From positions 1,184,001-1,248,000 of the forward strand of contig CBDCYI010000011.1 of NCBI GenBank assembly GCA_965224085.1: 64,000 nt of DNA. Direction: 5' to 3'. This document shows, one piece after another, positions 39,423 to 50,479 of the stretch; within the stretch, counting starts at the first letter, position 1; each line of letters opens with the position of its first letter. A model generated the notes under the pieces. That model did not search any database and was not told the DNA's origin. It worked only from the letters and a program-made list of their open reading frames with translations. Position numbers and translations under genes: made by a program. This DNA comes from Candidatus Marinacidobacterales bacterium. GTDB lineage: Bacteria > Acidobacteriota > Vicinamibacteria > Marinacidobacterales > SMYC01.

Positions 39423-39821
39423 AGCCGAGGCGGTGAACTTCCGCGAATACCTGTCGCGGGGTGGGTTCGCGATTTTCGATGACTTCGACGGCGAATGGGA
39501 TTGGCAGGTCTTCGAAGCGAACATGGCCGAGGTGCTCCCTGGCCGGCACTTCGAGCTCTTGGAAGAATCCGATCCCATCTACCAGAGTTTCTTCTCCATC
39601 GAGGATCTCGACGTCATCACGCACCCTATGGGTCACGCCTATCCGCCGATGTTTTTCGGCATCCGCGACGACGCCGGCCGCCTGCAGGTCGTGGCCAACT
39701 TCAACAACGACATCGGGGACTACTGGGAGTGGTCGGACCAGGGTTGTGGTACCCGATTGACTTGTCGAACGAAGGCTACAAGCTCGGGGTCAACTACGTG
39801 ATTTACGCACTCACGCATTAG
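39423..39821 (+). pseudogene. DUF4159-domain protein, 3' part, with an extra frameshift near 39743
   Basis: EA.NFREYL.RGGFAIFDDF, NNDIGDYWEWSD, then YKLGVNYVIYALTH in a shifted frame. Confidence 0.88.
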
Positions 39822-39897
39822 CGGGGACCGAGACTCCTCGGTCGTGAACGCAGACGGAACCGACGTCACTCTTTTGACGTGTCACCCGGGCAGGGAT

Positions 39898-41046
39898 TCA
39901 TTCAGACGTTCTAGTCGGTGTCAGTCTCAGCATGCGCCCGGTGCTGTTGCCTTCGTCGTCCTCGAGGACCCAGATGGCGCCGTCCGGCCCATCGACGACG
40001 CTCCGAATCCGTGCACCCATGTCGTAGCGCTCGACCTCGCGGGCACCTTCGCCGTCCAGCTCGATACGCATGATCGCGCGGGACGAGAGCCCCGCGACGA
40101 ACGCATCACCGCGCCAGTCGGGGAACAGGTCGCCGCGATAAATCATCAAGTCGCCCGGCGAGATGACGGGTGTCCACCACACGGCCGGTTCCTCGAACTC
40201 CGGATGCGTGTCGTGGTCGGGTATCTCACGCCCGTCGTAATGGTCGCCGTTGCTGACGATCGGATAACCGTAATTCGCTGAACGCATGACGCGGTTCAGC
40301 TCGTCGCCGCCCCGCGGCCCCATTTCGATATCCCAGAGCTGACCGTCGAGACCGAATGCCAGCCCGAGCACATTGCGGTGGCCGAGCGACCAGATCTGCG
40401 GATAGACCCCTTCATCGTCGACGAGCGGATTCTCGTCGTAGTGGTCGACGAAGGGATTGTCGTCCGGAACCGAACCGTCATCGTGCAAGCGTAGGACCTT
40501 GCCCAAGTTCGCCTGCATGTCCTGGGCCGGTGTGAATTTCTGGCGGTCTCCAGACGCGATCCACAGGTAACCCTCGTCGTCGAACAACAGCCGGTGCCCG
40601 TAGTGGCCGTAACCGACGACCTTGGGATACTGGCGCCAGATGACCTCGAAGTCGGACAGTCTTCCGCCGCGCCTGGTCTCGGTCAGCACCGCTCGGGCGA
40701 CGGCTGCGCCCCGGCTATCGCCCACACCGGACTCGGCGTAGCTCAGGTAGATCACGTGGTTCTCGGCAAAATTCGGGTGCAGAGCGACGTCACCCAGGCC
40801 TCCTTGGCCGCCGTAAGCGACGTCCGGCATACCGCGGATGCCCCGGGACTTCTGGCCGTCCTGGGTGACGATGAACAAGTTGCCCTTCTTTTCCGTCACC
40901 AGCATGCGGCCGTCCGGTAGGAAGGCGAGGGCCCAGGGCTCGTCAAATGAGGTGATGGGCTCGATCTCGAAGGGCAGCTCCATTTGTGCTCGTGCCCCAG
41001 CCGTCATGAACATGCTCAACCCGATCACGGAGAGTCGTCTAAGCAT
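39898..41046 (-). CDS. PQQ-dependent soluble sugar dehydrogenase (YliI/GSDH family)
   Basis: PWALAFLPDG, GQGGL.DV.LHP.F, IWSLGHRN, EMGPRGGDELN and NYG.P; signal peptide. Confidence 0.93.
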   Translation of the reverse strand: MLRRLSVIGLSMFMTAGARAQMELPFEIEPITSFDEPWALAFLPDGRMLVTEKKGNLFIVTQDGQKSRGIRGMPDVAYGGQGGLGDVALHPNFAENHVIYLSYAESGVGDSRGAAVARAVLTETRRGGRLSDFEVIWRQYPKVVGYGHYGHRLLFDDEGYLWIASGDRQKFTPAQDMQANLGKVLRLHDDGSVPDDNPFVDHYDENPLVDDEGVYPQIWSLGHRNVLGLAFGLDGQLWDIEMGPRGGDELNRVMRSANYGYPIVSNGDHYDGREIPDHDTHPEFEEPAVWWTPVISPGDLMIYRGDLFPDWRGDAFVAGLSSRAIMRIELDGEGAREVERYDMGARIRSVVDGPDGAIWVLEDDEGNSTGRMLRLTPTRTSE

Positions 41047-41674
41047 TTGGTCGCCTCGTTTGTTACGCGTTTTTTCGATCGATATGTCGTGTAGACAGAT
41101 TCATCACCGCGATGCGACGCCGGTGCCATATTCGTTCAGACCCTCCACTGTAACGAAAGACGCCAAGCCGCGCCAGCCGCTTTTCGCTCTCGCCGGATGG
41201 AGCTACGGGGAGCGTTCTTATATAGAGGATGGCAGTCTCCTTGGAAGGCGGCTGGCTTCCGCGATGGTCCTCGAACGGCTGGAGCTCCTCAAACAGGTGC
41301 GTGGGTCCCCGACGTGCACGGCGGGCGCTGCCCATCTTGTAGAGCAACGAGGTGGACCCCGGCGTTCGTACCGAGGGCGTGGCGCTCGAAGTAGAGGTGC
41401 CACCCGAGGAGGGTAGGACAATCCGCCGTAGTTGTGCTTATCGGTGGCGAGCCACGGGGTCCGGCACGCATCCCAGAGCAATGAGGAAGACGAAAAAGAT
41501 CAGCAGGGTAGAGGAGAGAGGCCGCGTCACTGAACGTTTAGAAACGCACCCCGTCACGTTCGATGTCACGGCCCAGGCGGTCATATTAAGAAGGATGAGA
41601 ACGGGGAGCCGACGGGAGAATTCGTGGAGCGAGCACCGCCACAGCTACTCGACCTCATTCCATCGTTGGCTCCG

Positions 41675-42560
41675 ATGACCGACTATGAGCTCAGTCGCAA
41701 TCTGGTCGAGGGAACCCAACTGGCGGTGGCCAGCGGACTCACCACGCTTCACGATGCGGGCTCCGGGACGAGCTACGAGGACGTACAAAGGGAGCTTAAG
41801 CTCTACGAGGTGGGTCTCCTCCGCGTACGGATCAATCAGATGGTCAACGAGGAGGCGGCCAAAAAGCTCGGCAAGCCGCTCAACTACGAGAACAAATTCT
41901 TCGTTCAGTCGGTCAAGACGCTCTTGGACGGAGCCTTGGGCTCGAGGGGTGCTCATTTCCTCGAGGAGTACAGCGACTATCCGGAATTTCGCGGGGAGCC
42001 CAGACGATCGGAAGTCGAAACGACTCAATCGGCGGTTAATCTATTGAACATCGGCTTCAACATGAGAATCCATACCATTGGCGACGCGGCCAATCGGATT
42101 GCACTCAATGCCTTCGAAAAAGCTCTGAAGGAGACCGGGACCGACGGCAAGGATGCCAGGTTCGCTCTCGAGCATTGTCAGGTGCTGACTCCCGAAGACA
42201 TCCCTCGACTCGCCGAGCTCGGTGTGATCGCGTCGATGCAGCCGCTTCATGCAACCGAGGACATGCACTTCGCCGAAGCCCGGTTGGGACCGGCGCGTAT
42301 GGAAGGTGCCTATGTTTGGAAAACGCTGCTGGATTCCGGTGTCGTGGTCGCGACAGGAACGGACTATTCCGTCTCTCCCTACAATCCTTTTTATACGTTG
42401 CACGCCGCGGTGACCCGGCAGGACCGGGACAATAACCCTCCCGGTGGCTGGTTCCCCAAGGAGGCCATGAGCCGGGAAGAGGCGCTACGGGCCGCCACGA
42501 TGGCGGGCGCGTACGCGATGCACGCGGAAGGCGTCCTGGGGTCGATCGAGGTCGGGAGCT
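41675..42560 (+). pseudogene. Amidohydrolase-3 (YtcJ-like) internal fragment
   Basis: K..LDGALGSRGA, IHTIGDAAN, EHCQ, SMQP.HA, GTD and GSIEVG motifs; both ends missing. Confidence 0.82.
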
Positions 42561-42581
42561 GGCACGACGACGATCCCGGGG

Positions 42582-42758
42582 TTACGGCTTCTTTCGGCGT
42601 TTTGCCCAGGCGGCCGCCCCGATGCCGAGCGCGACGAGTGCGATCGTAGCTGGCTCGGGAATGCCTGGGCCGGGCAGGGGGCCGGGCTGGGCGAGAGCGA
42701 CGCCCGAAAGGCTCATCAACAGTGCCGCGATCGACGCTCGCTTCACGATTCTCTGCAT
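42582..42758 (-). CDS. Minimal PEP-CTERM sorting-domain protein (58 aa)
   Basis: Sec signal ending ALA, then QPGPLPGPG, IPEPATIALVALGIGAAAW and basic tail KRRKK. Confidence 0.85.
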   Translation of the reverse strand: MQRIVKRASIAALLMSLSGVALAQPGPLPGPGIPEPATIALVALGIGAAAWAKRRKKP

Positions 42759-42798
42759 GTCCGTCCATTCCCTTTCGTCCAAAATAGCAGTGCTTGGA

Positions 42799-42897
42799 TG
42801 CAATTCGCGTACCTCCGAACGAAAGTGCTTTGATTTCTATTTTTTACAAGCCGTTCGGGATAATTAGGCGGTGCGAAAACTGTAATGTTTTTCGACA
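42799..42897 (-). promoter_or_regulatory. Sigma54 promoter and candidate enhancer-binding-protein site for the PEP-CTERM gene
   Basis: Minus-strand AGGTACGCGAATTGCA (GG-N10-GC, 42799-42814); TGT-N11-ACA (TGTAATGTTTTTCGACA) at 42881-42897. Confidence 0.7.
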
Positions 42898-43277
42898 ACA
42901 ATCGCGCCGGAGCAGTCAAGCAACCAGTGTACTTCTTGATACTTGCGGCCAAACTCCGTCTTCCGTAAGAGATTCCGACGCCTCGTACCACGACGATGGT
43001 GAATCGCCACGTGACGCCAGCACGGTCGGTCCTTTAGTGAAGCGCTGGCGACGTTTGGTCGCCGCGGCAAAATTGCCTCACTCGTTCAGGGTCGACGAAC
43101 AGTACGTAAGCCGCCGGCATCGCGAGGAATTGCCAGATCTGGAGCGTCAGCGCGATACCCAGATGAAAGAAGAATCCGGCCAGAAAGTACCACGGTTGGA
43201 AGCGTCGCATGTGGAGTCCGATCTTTAGCTTTAGCGAGGGCGGGAAAGAACCCTCCCGCCGGCTCCAGCCGAGCGGG

Positions 43278-44237
43278 CTAGAGCAGCGCTTGCAAGCGCG
43301 GAGAGAGCGTTGAATCGAGCTGGGCGAGTAGGGTGAAGGGTCGGCGGTAGCCGCCGAACGAGAAGTACTCGGTCAGTGAGCCGATCCGCACTTGCCGGCG
43401 TGTGAAGACCTGCTTGAAGTAAAGCTCGAGGGAGCCGCGGTTGGGCCAATGACCTTCGACTTCCAACTCCACGTCGCCGAAGTGCGCCTCGAGATCCTGA
43501 CGGATCTCGGGCAGGCGCTCTTCCACCGACCGTGCGGTGACGCCGATCTTGTGCAGCTGGGCGCTGTCTGCGCGAACGCGAAGCAGGTACAGGCCCAGCG
43601 AGAACAGGCGCGCGAGCTGCGCGCGATAGAGCCGTACGTCCATCGCGTTTCGTTCGTCCCCGTCGCGGGCGACGTCCTCGAGTCGATCGAGCTTCCTGAG
43701 GGCCGCGCGTTCCTGCGCGCTGGCGAGCTCGCTCAACGTAAGGCGGTAGCGCGTGGCTCCGGCGATCTGCTCGCCCCATGCGGTGTGGCGGTGCGAGCCA
43801 ACCCCGTTCACCCAGCGTTCACCGCGGGGGACCTCTTCGATGAGCTGTGCGTCGACGAGGCGCGCGAGTGCCGAGCGACGCCAGCCCCGGAGCGAGGTGT
43901 GGTTGATCGGGCACCGAAGCAGTTGCGCGCACAGGCGCAGGTCGGCGCGACCGAGCGGCTCCAGGGTCGCGAAGTCGTCGTAGAGCGGAACGCGCGCCGA
44001 GGCCCGCTCGTGTGACTCGCGGCACGTGGCGCCGTCGTGCGCGAAGTGTGGCGCGAGGATGCGGCCCTTCTTGGCGATCAGCCCGGTGGAGCAGTACGGA
44101 CAAGCGAGCGCCGTTCGACCCCGTTCGACCACTTCGACGGCGATGAGCTCTCCGGCGGCATCAACACCGTGGTGCAGGAAGCGGCGCGGGACGTCCCGGC
44201 TACTGTGCCTAGCAGATCGAACCCTTGCTCTCGGCAT
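43278..44237 (-). CDS. CoiA-like Zn-ribbon fused to a GIY-YIG/T5orf172-like nuclease domain
   Basis: CPYC...LIAKKG....HFAH....C at the N-terminus; LYLL.......KIGVT...EERL..I...E......EYF at the C-terminus. Confidence 0.72.
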   Translation of the reverse strand: MPRARVRSARHSSRDVPRRFLHHGVDAAGELIAVEVVERGRTALACPYCSTGLIAKKGRILAPHFAHDGATCRESHERASARVPLYDDFATLEPLGRADLRLCAQLLRCPINHTSLRGWRRSALARLVDAQLIEEVPRGERWVNGVGSHRHTAWGEQIAGATRYRLTLSELASAQERAALRKLDRLEDVARDGDERNAMDVRLYRAQLARLFSLGLYLLRVRADSAQLHKIGVTARSVEERLPEIRQDLEAHFGDVELEVEGHWPNRGSLELYFKQVFTRRQVRIGSLTEYFSFGGYRRPFTLLAQLDSTLSPRLQALL

Positions 44238-44396
44238 AGTTCGAATACCCGTTCAAAAGACGCCGCTACCACCAGCGGCATTAGAACATAGTTCGTGATC
44301 CGCCCGCGCCTCGATGGTGCCCTGCATATCGTTTCGGATGATGCGTTGCCCGTTCCGTCTTTGCGGATCGGCGCCGAACCTCGTCGGCGGACTTCG

Positions 44397-45401
44397 CTAC
44401 TCCGGTTCGTCGCCCGCTGATGTCGTCGCGATTCTCTCGACGAGCGCGAGGTTCACTCGGTCTGATGAGGCCTCCCACATCCGGCGCGCAAGGCCCTCGA
44501 GCTGGTTGCGGTCGGGGCGGGTGATCGATACGCCAGCCGCCACCAGCGCCTCCAATGCGGATTCCTCCGCGCGACGATAGGCCTCGCGTTCCGCGGCCAC
44601 GGCCCTTTTGGCCGCGAGGCGAACCGCTTCCTGCTCTACGGCTGAGAGCGATTCGAAGACGCGCTCGCTCATGACCAGAGGCGCGACCAGATACATCCAG
44701 CCGATCTCGGCCCAGTGCGGCGCCACCTCGTAGAAGCGTTTCGAAACATAGTTGGAGCGTGCCGCCTCGGCGCCGTCGATGACCCCTTGCTCCAGTGCGG
44801 TGTAGACCTCGCCGTAGGCCATGGGCAGCGGGCTCGCTCCAAAGGTTTCGAAAGCTCGGAGGTGCAGAGGATTCTCCATCGTTCGAATCTTGAGGCCGGT
44901 CATGTCCTGGACCGCATCGACTTGGCGGTCTCTCGTCATGAGATGTCGCAAGCCCACGTCGAAGTACCCGAGTAGGCGAAGTCCCTTCGCGCGCAGCGGC
45001 TCACCGAAGCTCTCTCCGATGGGACCGTCCAGAACGCGGTACATGTGCTCGCGGTCACGAAACAGATAGGGAAGGTCGAAGACGAGGAGCTCCGGAGCGA
45101 ACGTGGCCAGGGGTGCGTTCGACGGACAGGCGAGCTCGACCGCGCCGACAATTGTGAGCTCGATGACCTCGCGCTCGCTTCCGAGAGCGCTATTGGGGTA
45201 GACGTCGACGACGATGCGCCCGTTGGTTGCCCTCGCGAGCTCTTCGCCGAAGACTTCAAGACCCAGCACGGTCGGCTCGTTCGGCGCGCTGGAGGAGCTC
45301 GCCTTCAGGACGAGGACCGAATCCCGCTCGGACCCGCAGCCCGCTCCCGCGAGGCAGACCGCGACCAAGAGGGCCAAGAAGGAATGACCTCGACGCGTCA
45401 T
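44397..45401 (-). CDS. dctP: TRAP transporter substrate-binding lipoprotein
   Basis: Lipobox AGAGC; YPNS.LG.E, DLPYLF, GLKIR and M.YGEVYTAL.QG.IDG.E. Confidence 0.93.
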   Translation of the reverse strand: MTRRGHSFLALLVAVCLAGAGCGSERDSVLVLKASSSSAPNEPTVLGLEVFGEELARATNGRIVVDVYPNSALGSEREVIELTIVGAVELACPSNAPLATFAPELLVFDLPYLFRDREHMYRVLDGPIGESFGEPLRAKGLRLLGYFDVGLRHLMTRDRQVDAVQDMTGLKIRTMENPLHLRAFETFGASPLPMAYGEVYTALEQGVIDGAEAARSNYVSKRFYEVAPHWAEIGWMYLVAPLVMSERVFESLSAVEQEAVRLAAKRAVAAEREAYRRAEESALEALVAAGVSITRPDRNQLEGLARRMWEASSDRVNLALVERIATTSAGDEPE

Positions 45402-46669
45402 AAGAGCCCGAACCAGCGGGGAAGTATGGTGACCGTCTCCGGGACGAGGGTGATCAACACTTGGACGGCGATCATGGCGGCGATCGGCCGAACCGTCCAG
45501 CCCGCGACGTCACTCACGCTCTGACCCGCGATCGAGCAGGCGACAAAGAGCGTCGCTCCGTAAGGCGGCGTCACCATGCCGATACACAGGTTGACGGCGG
45601 CCAACACTCCGAAGTGCACCGGGTCGACGCCGAATTGGATCGCGAGGGGGAACAGGATGGGCATGATCACGATGATCGCGGAGATGCTCTCCATAAACGT
45701 GCCGACGACGATCAGGACGATGTTCGCCGCCAGGAGAAACGAGAGCTGGCTACCCATCGAGGATGACAACGCCTCTCCCAGCCGATCGGGCACGCGCCCC
45801 ACCGCGATGATCCACGCCAGCAAGAAAGCGGTGGTGGCGACGAACATCACCACCGAAGAGCGCAGCGCCGCGGTGACCAGCAGTCGCTCGAGGTCTTTCA
45901 GTTTCAGCTCGCGATAAACGATGAGCCCGACGACTAGGCCGTAGGCGACGGCGATCCCCGCGGCCTCCGTGGCGGTGAAGACGCCTGCGAGGATACCCCC
46001 GAGCACGAGGACCGGCATGCCGATAGCGGGGAGCGCCTGCCAGAGCGCGGCCGCAAAGGAAGTCTCCTCGAGGACTTCCGTTCGCAGCTTGCGCTCGTAC
46101 CGCCGCGCTTGGTCTAAGCTCGACGCGACGAGGGCGCCGGCGATGAGAACGCCCGGCAGCATCCCGCCAATGAAAAGCGCGGCGATGGACGTCTCTGTGA
46201 CGTAGCCCATGACTATCATGATGATGCTCGGCGGAATGATGGTGCCGATCGCCCCGCCGGCGGCTTGAAGCGCCGCCGCGAAACCGATGGGATAGCCGCG
46301 CTCTCTCATGGCCGGGATCATCATGGAGCCAACGGCTGCGGTGCTGGCGCTGGAGCTTCCCGAGATCCCGGCGAAGAACATTGACGACGTGATGGAGACG
46401 ACGGGGAGTCCGCCCCGCAGACGCCCCACGATCGCGATGGCCCGGCTCGAGATCCCGCAAGCATTCATCAGCTCGCCCGCGAGAATGAAAAGCGGCACCG
46501 CCATCAGCGCCCAGGAGTCCAGGGCCGCGAAGGCTCTCTGCGCGATGACCTCGAGGGGTATCTGCCCGTTCACGAGCAAGGCGGCCGCGCCACTCAAGCC
46601 GATGCCGAAGGCGACCGGCACGCCCAGAGCGAGCAGGAGGACGAGGCTGATGAAAACGGCGGCAATCAT
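45398..46669 (-). CDS. dctM: TRAP transporter large permease
   Basis: AVPLFILAG.LM, GISGSS, IIPPSI, G.FTATEA, DPVHFG and TPP.G..LF. Confidence 0.93.
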   Translation of the reverse strand: MIAAVFISLVLLLALGVPVAFGIGLSGAAALLVNGQIPLEVIAQRAFAALDSWALMAVPLFILAGELMNACGISSRAIAIVGRLRGGLPVVSITSSMFFAGISGSSSASTAAVGSMMIPAMRERGYPIGFAAALQAAGGAIGTIIPPSIIMIVMGYVTETSIAALFIGGMLPGVLIAGALVASSLDQARRYERKLRTEVLEETSFAAALWQALPAIGMPVLVLGGILAGVFTATEAAGIAVAYGLVVGLIVYRELKLKDLERLLVTAALRSSVVMFVATTAFLLAWIIAVGRVPDRLGEALSSSMGSQLSFLLAANIVLIVVGTFMESISAIIVIMPILFPLAIQFGVDPVHFGVLAAVNLCIGMVTPPYGATLFVACSIAGQSVSDVAGWTVRPIAAMIAVQVLITLVPETVTILPRWFGLL

Positions 46670-47145
46670 CGACGCGTTGCTCCCGCCGCGGGGCTTTCGC
46701 GTCGCCGTTGTTCGACGAAGAGCGAAGCCGCGACCGTCGTGATCAAGAGCCCGCTCGTCGGGACGGCGAGATAGGGCCAAATCATCGAGATGCCGAGGGC
46801 CGGAGAGACTTGGAGAGCCGCGACCGGAAGCATCCGGAGTCCGAATACGGTGAGCAGCAAGCCAAAGAGTCCCACGAGAAGATGATTCAGCGATCGAATG
46901 AGTCGCTTTGGCGCGGGGGGGAGCCGAGGCGTCAAGTAGTCCACGGCAAGGTGCAGGCCTTTCCGAAGGCAGATGGGCGACGCCAGCAGAACGAGCCACA
47001 CTTGCAGATACCGCGCAAGCTCCTCCGTCCAGCTCGGCGGCCTGCCGAGCACGTATCGGGCCACCACCTGGTACACGACGAGGGCTGCGATGGTCGCCAG
47101 GAGGGCTGCTATGATCTTCTCGAGCTTTTTGAGCAGAGAGGTCAC
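46666..47145 (-). CDS. dctQ: TRAP transporter small permease
   Basis: QVVARY....SWTEELARY...W and HL.VD motifs; four TM helices. Confidence 0.92.
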   Translation of the reverse strand: MTSLLKKLEKIIAALLATIAALVVYQVVARYVLGRPPSWTEELARYLQVWLVLLASPICLRKGLHLAVDYLTPRLPPAPKRLIRSLNHLLVGLFGLLLTVFGLRMLPVAALQVSPALGISMIWPYLAVPTSGLLITTVAASLFVEQRRRESPAAGATRR

Positions 47146-48206
47146 CTCAGAGAGGCCTCCGGCTTCAGGGTGTCGATGAAGATTTCCCTGCCGGTGCGTG
47201 AGGACTCGTAGATCGCAGAGACGATGGCGAGGGAGGCCCGTGCGTCCTCTCCGATGAGTATGGGATCGCGATCGTCACGAACGGCGTCGGTCATGTCCTG
47301 AAGTTGAACGCGATGACGCGTCTGTGGGTACGCCCAGGGATCGTCGATGTCGGTGAGAGGCGAGGGTGGATCGACTTCTTCCTGAGGATAGTCCTTGACG
47401 TCCCAGAGAAGAATCTTGTCGTATTGCGCGTTCGCCACGACGCTCCCGTTCTCGCCGTGGATCTCGAGCCGCGATTTGAGGGCCGGGCGTACCGAGGTTG
47501 TACTCTCGATGACGCCCATCGCGCCGTTCTCGAAGCTCACGAGCGCCGCGGCGGTGTCCTCGACTTGGATCACGTGCCGCTTCGTCGCGACGCGACCCAT
47601 GACCGATTTCACCGGCCCCACGATCCATTGGAGTAGGTCGATGATATGGATGGACTGCGTCATCAGGCATCCGCCCCCCTCGAGCTCCCGTGTACCTCTC
47701 CACGCCGCGGAGGCGTAGTACGCAGCCGTCCGTGAGGACTTGTCGATGGCGTCCGCGAGATGGATCTTGCCCAAAGCACCCGAGGCGACGAGCTTCGTCA
47801 GCTTGGCCCCGACCGAGCCGAAACGCATCTGGAAAATGACTCCCAGCTTCGTGCCGTTCTCCCGACAGACACGGATCATATCGTCGGCCTTCGCCAGCGT
47901 GGTCTCGAGTGGCTTCTCGACCAGGACGTGCTTTCCGGCCTCCGAGGCCGCGATGACGATCTCTCTGTGGGAGCCGGTGGGCGTCAGCACGCAGATGACG
48001 TCGACGGCGTCGTTGTCGAGAAGGTCTCGATAGTCCGTGGCCCAGCGTTCCACGCCGTACTCATCGGCAAAGCGTTGGACGTTCTCCTCGTTTCGCGAGC
48101 AGACGGCTACGAGCTTCGCCTCGTCGACGAACGAGAGTTCCCTGGCGTGGAAGCCCCCGGCCATTCCCGTTCCTACCAGGCCAAAGCCGACGATTCCGTT
48201 TTTCAA
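47142..48206 (-). CDS. Gfo/Idh/MocA family oxidoreductase
   Basis: GTG..G, TP...H, AGKHVLVEKP, WRG....GGG.L..Q.IH.ID and VED.A motifs. Confidence 0.93.
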   Translation of the reverse strand: MKNGIVGFGLVGTGMAGGFHARELSFVDEAKLVAVCSRNEENVQRFADEYGVERWATDYRDLLDNDAVDVICVLTPTGSHREIVIAASEAGKHVLVEKPLETTLAKADDMIRVCRENGTKLGVIFQMRFGSVGAKLTKLVASGALGKIHLADAIDKSSRTAAYYASAAWRGTRELEGGGCLMTQSIHIIDLLQWIVGPVKSVMGRVATKRHVIQVEDTAAALVSFENGAMGVIESTTSVRPALKSRLEIHGENGSVVANAQYDKILLWDVKDYPQEEVDPPSPLTDIDDPWAYPQTRHRVQLQDMTDAVRDDRDPILIGEDARASLAIVSAIYESSRTGREIFIDTLKPEASLR

Positions 48207-48575
48207 CTCGCTCCTCCGGATTCGGGATGGTGAAGCTCGGGACTCGACGACCCGTCAGGAACGCGTCACCGAGCTCTTCGGAAACGCCGGGCCGCCATCT
48301 GAAAGAAGCGAGGCGGTACCGACGCATGCGACGGTGATTCGCCGCACATCGTATCACCGTCTTCATTTCCATTATTTGGTTGCCGCGCATCCGCTGAGCG
48401 TTACGGGTTTTCGCGGGAGCAATGGGAGCTCTCTCGGGCTCCAACACTGTGGGTGGTCGGCGCCGCTCTTCCGACTGTGATACACCGAGTTACGAACCAT
48501 GAGCCTTGAAAGGGCCCAGCCCCTTGGGCGCCGCGGAGGGCTCTGGAGAGCGCGCAACCGTAGGAGGACGTCGGC

Positions 48576-49010
48576 ATGAGTAGAACCGCCATAGCCTTGT
48601 TCGTCGGGATCTTGCTGGGAGCGGCCGGGGCGCGGCTGTACGTCCCGTCGTCGGAGGCCACTTCGGAGGAGCAGGCCGAGCCGGAGACTCCCGTGACGCT
48701 TCCCGACCTTCCCGAGCCGTACTATAAGGTGCTCTTCGAAAACGACGCCGTGCGCATCGTCGATCACCGGCTTGCACCAGGAGAGAGAGAACCCGAGCAT
48801 ACCCACGCGCCCATGGTGGGCTACTTCATACAGGGCGCCACCGTGATGGTTACCGAAGCCGACGGCTCCACCTCGGAGGTGACCCTCCCGACCGGCCGGT
48901 TCGGCGGGGCGGACAATCGCACGTGGTGGACGCATTCACTGGAGAACACGGGGGACACAGCCCTCCACTCCATCCTGGTCGAGTTCAAGAACGAGCAGCC
49001 GAGACGCTGA
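48576..49010 (+). CDS. Cupin-domain protein with N-terminal membrane anchor
   Basis: VLFEND.VR....L.PGE....HTH and HSLEN.G......VE.K; AGGAGG RBS. Confidence 0.85.
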   Translation: MSRTAIALFVGILLGAAGARLYVPSSEATSEEQAEPETPVTLPDLPEPYYKVLFENDAVRIVDHRLAPGEREPEHTHAPMVGYFIQGATVMVTEADGSTSEVTLPTGRFGGADNRTWWTHSLENTGDTALHSILVEFKNEQPRR

Positions 49011-50479
49011 ACGGCTGCGACTCCGTCCGGATAATGGGATGGGGATAGGCGGGTTCGCTCGGCTCTCACCGGTTGATCAGTAGTCGAACATCTCTCCGTC
49101 CAACCTCGGTGTATGGACTGGCAGTCGACGCGCCGGCATGAGTTGCTCGAACGCGTATCCAAGGGCCAGCAACCGAGCTTCACTGAACGCCGGCCCAATA
49201 AAGCTGATAGCAACGGGCAACGCCGGATCGGAAGTAAATCCCGCAGGGACGATGAGGTCAGGCCAACCCGCGGCATTCGCAAGATGCGCGGCGCTCCCCC
49301 GACCAGATCCGGAGGATCGCGACGGACGCTCGGCCTCCTCGATGAGAGAAGATGGTCGCGTGCGGGTCGGTACGATAAAGGCGTACAGCTCCATGTCATG
49401 CAGGTACCACTGCAGACTGTCTCGCACGATCTTCCGGCCTTCGTTTAACGCCCGAGCGTACGGCACATCCTCGGTCGTTCCTGCTTCCAGCTCTCGCTGG
49501 TAAGACTCCAAACGATTGGGATTCGGCACCCAGCCCTCTGGCGTTTCTTCGGTTATCTTTTCCGTCAATTCAATGACATCGGCATGGGATTTTGGGAGAC
49601 CATTCGGAAGATTCTCGAGGTAGGCGGTAATCTGCTCTGGAAATTCCGGGTTGCGTATGCCGCGATACAACCCTCCGGCCAAGCCCGATAAGAAACGGGG
49701 AAACTCGACGTCCACAATCTCCGCGCCGTGATTACTCATTACCCGCGATAGCCGTCTCGATCACGGCATCGACACCGGGATCGCTTCCCATATAGTCTCG
49801 CAAAACACCCAGACGGGCCCCTTTCAAAGCACCCGGATCGAGCGCATCGGTGTACGTGTCGAGAACGTGATCGACAAGCACTTCGGTGGCCGAATCGCGC
49901 GGGTCCCTTCCCGCCATGACCTCGAGCACAACGGCAAGGTCGGCGACATTGCGCGCCATGGGTCCAACCGTATCGAGGGAGAGTGAGAGGGGGATAATGC
50001 TGCCACGACCGGTGAGGCCGAATGTCGGCTTGAGGCCGGCAATCCCATTGGCTGCGGAAGGCCCACGAATCGATCCGCCCGTGTCCGTGCCCACTCCGAA
50101 TACGGCAAATCCCGCCGCAATGCCGGCACCCGTTCCGCCGCTGGACCCGCTTGGCGAGCGTTCGGGATCATGCGGATTGCGAATTTGACCGCCCAGTGTG
50201 CTGATCGCCGCACCGCTGGCAAACTCGCTCATGTTGGCCTTACCGATGATGATACAACCCGCTTCCCGCAAACGCCGCGCCTGCTCCGCGTCTTGTTCGG
50301 GTTGGTAGTCGCGCAGTGCGTAGAATCCCGCCGTGGTGGGAAGATCTTTCGTTTCTACATTGTCCTTCAAGAGTACCGGAATACCATGTAGCAGTCCTCG
50401 GGGGCCATGCTCCAAGCGTTCCTTGTCGAGGAGTCGCGCTTCGGCCAAGGCTTCCGGATTCAGGGTGATGATTGCGTTC

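Noticed and set aside
44239-44294. LexA box upstream of the nuclease gene
   Set aside because: Spacings are GTTC-N8-GTTC and GAAC-N3-GTTC, matching neither the GTTC-N7-GTTC nor the GAAC-N4-GTTC consensus.
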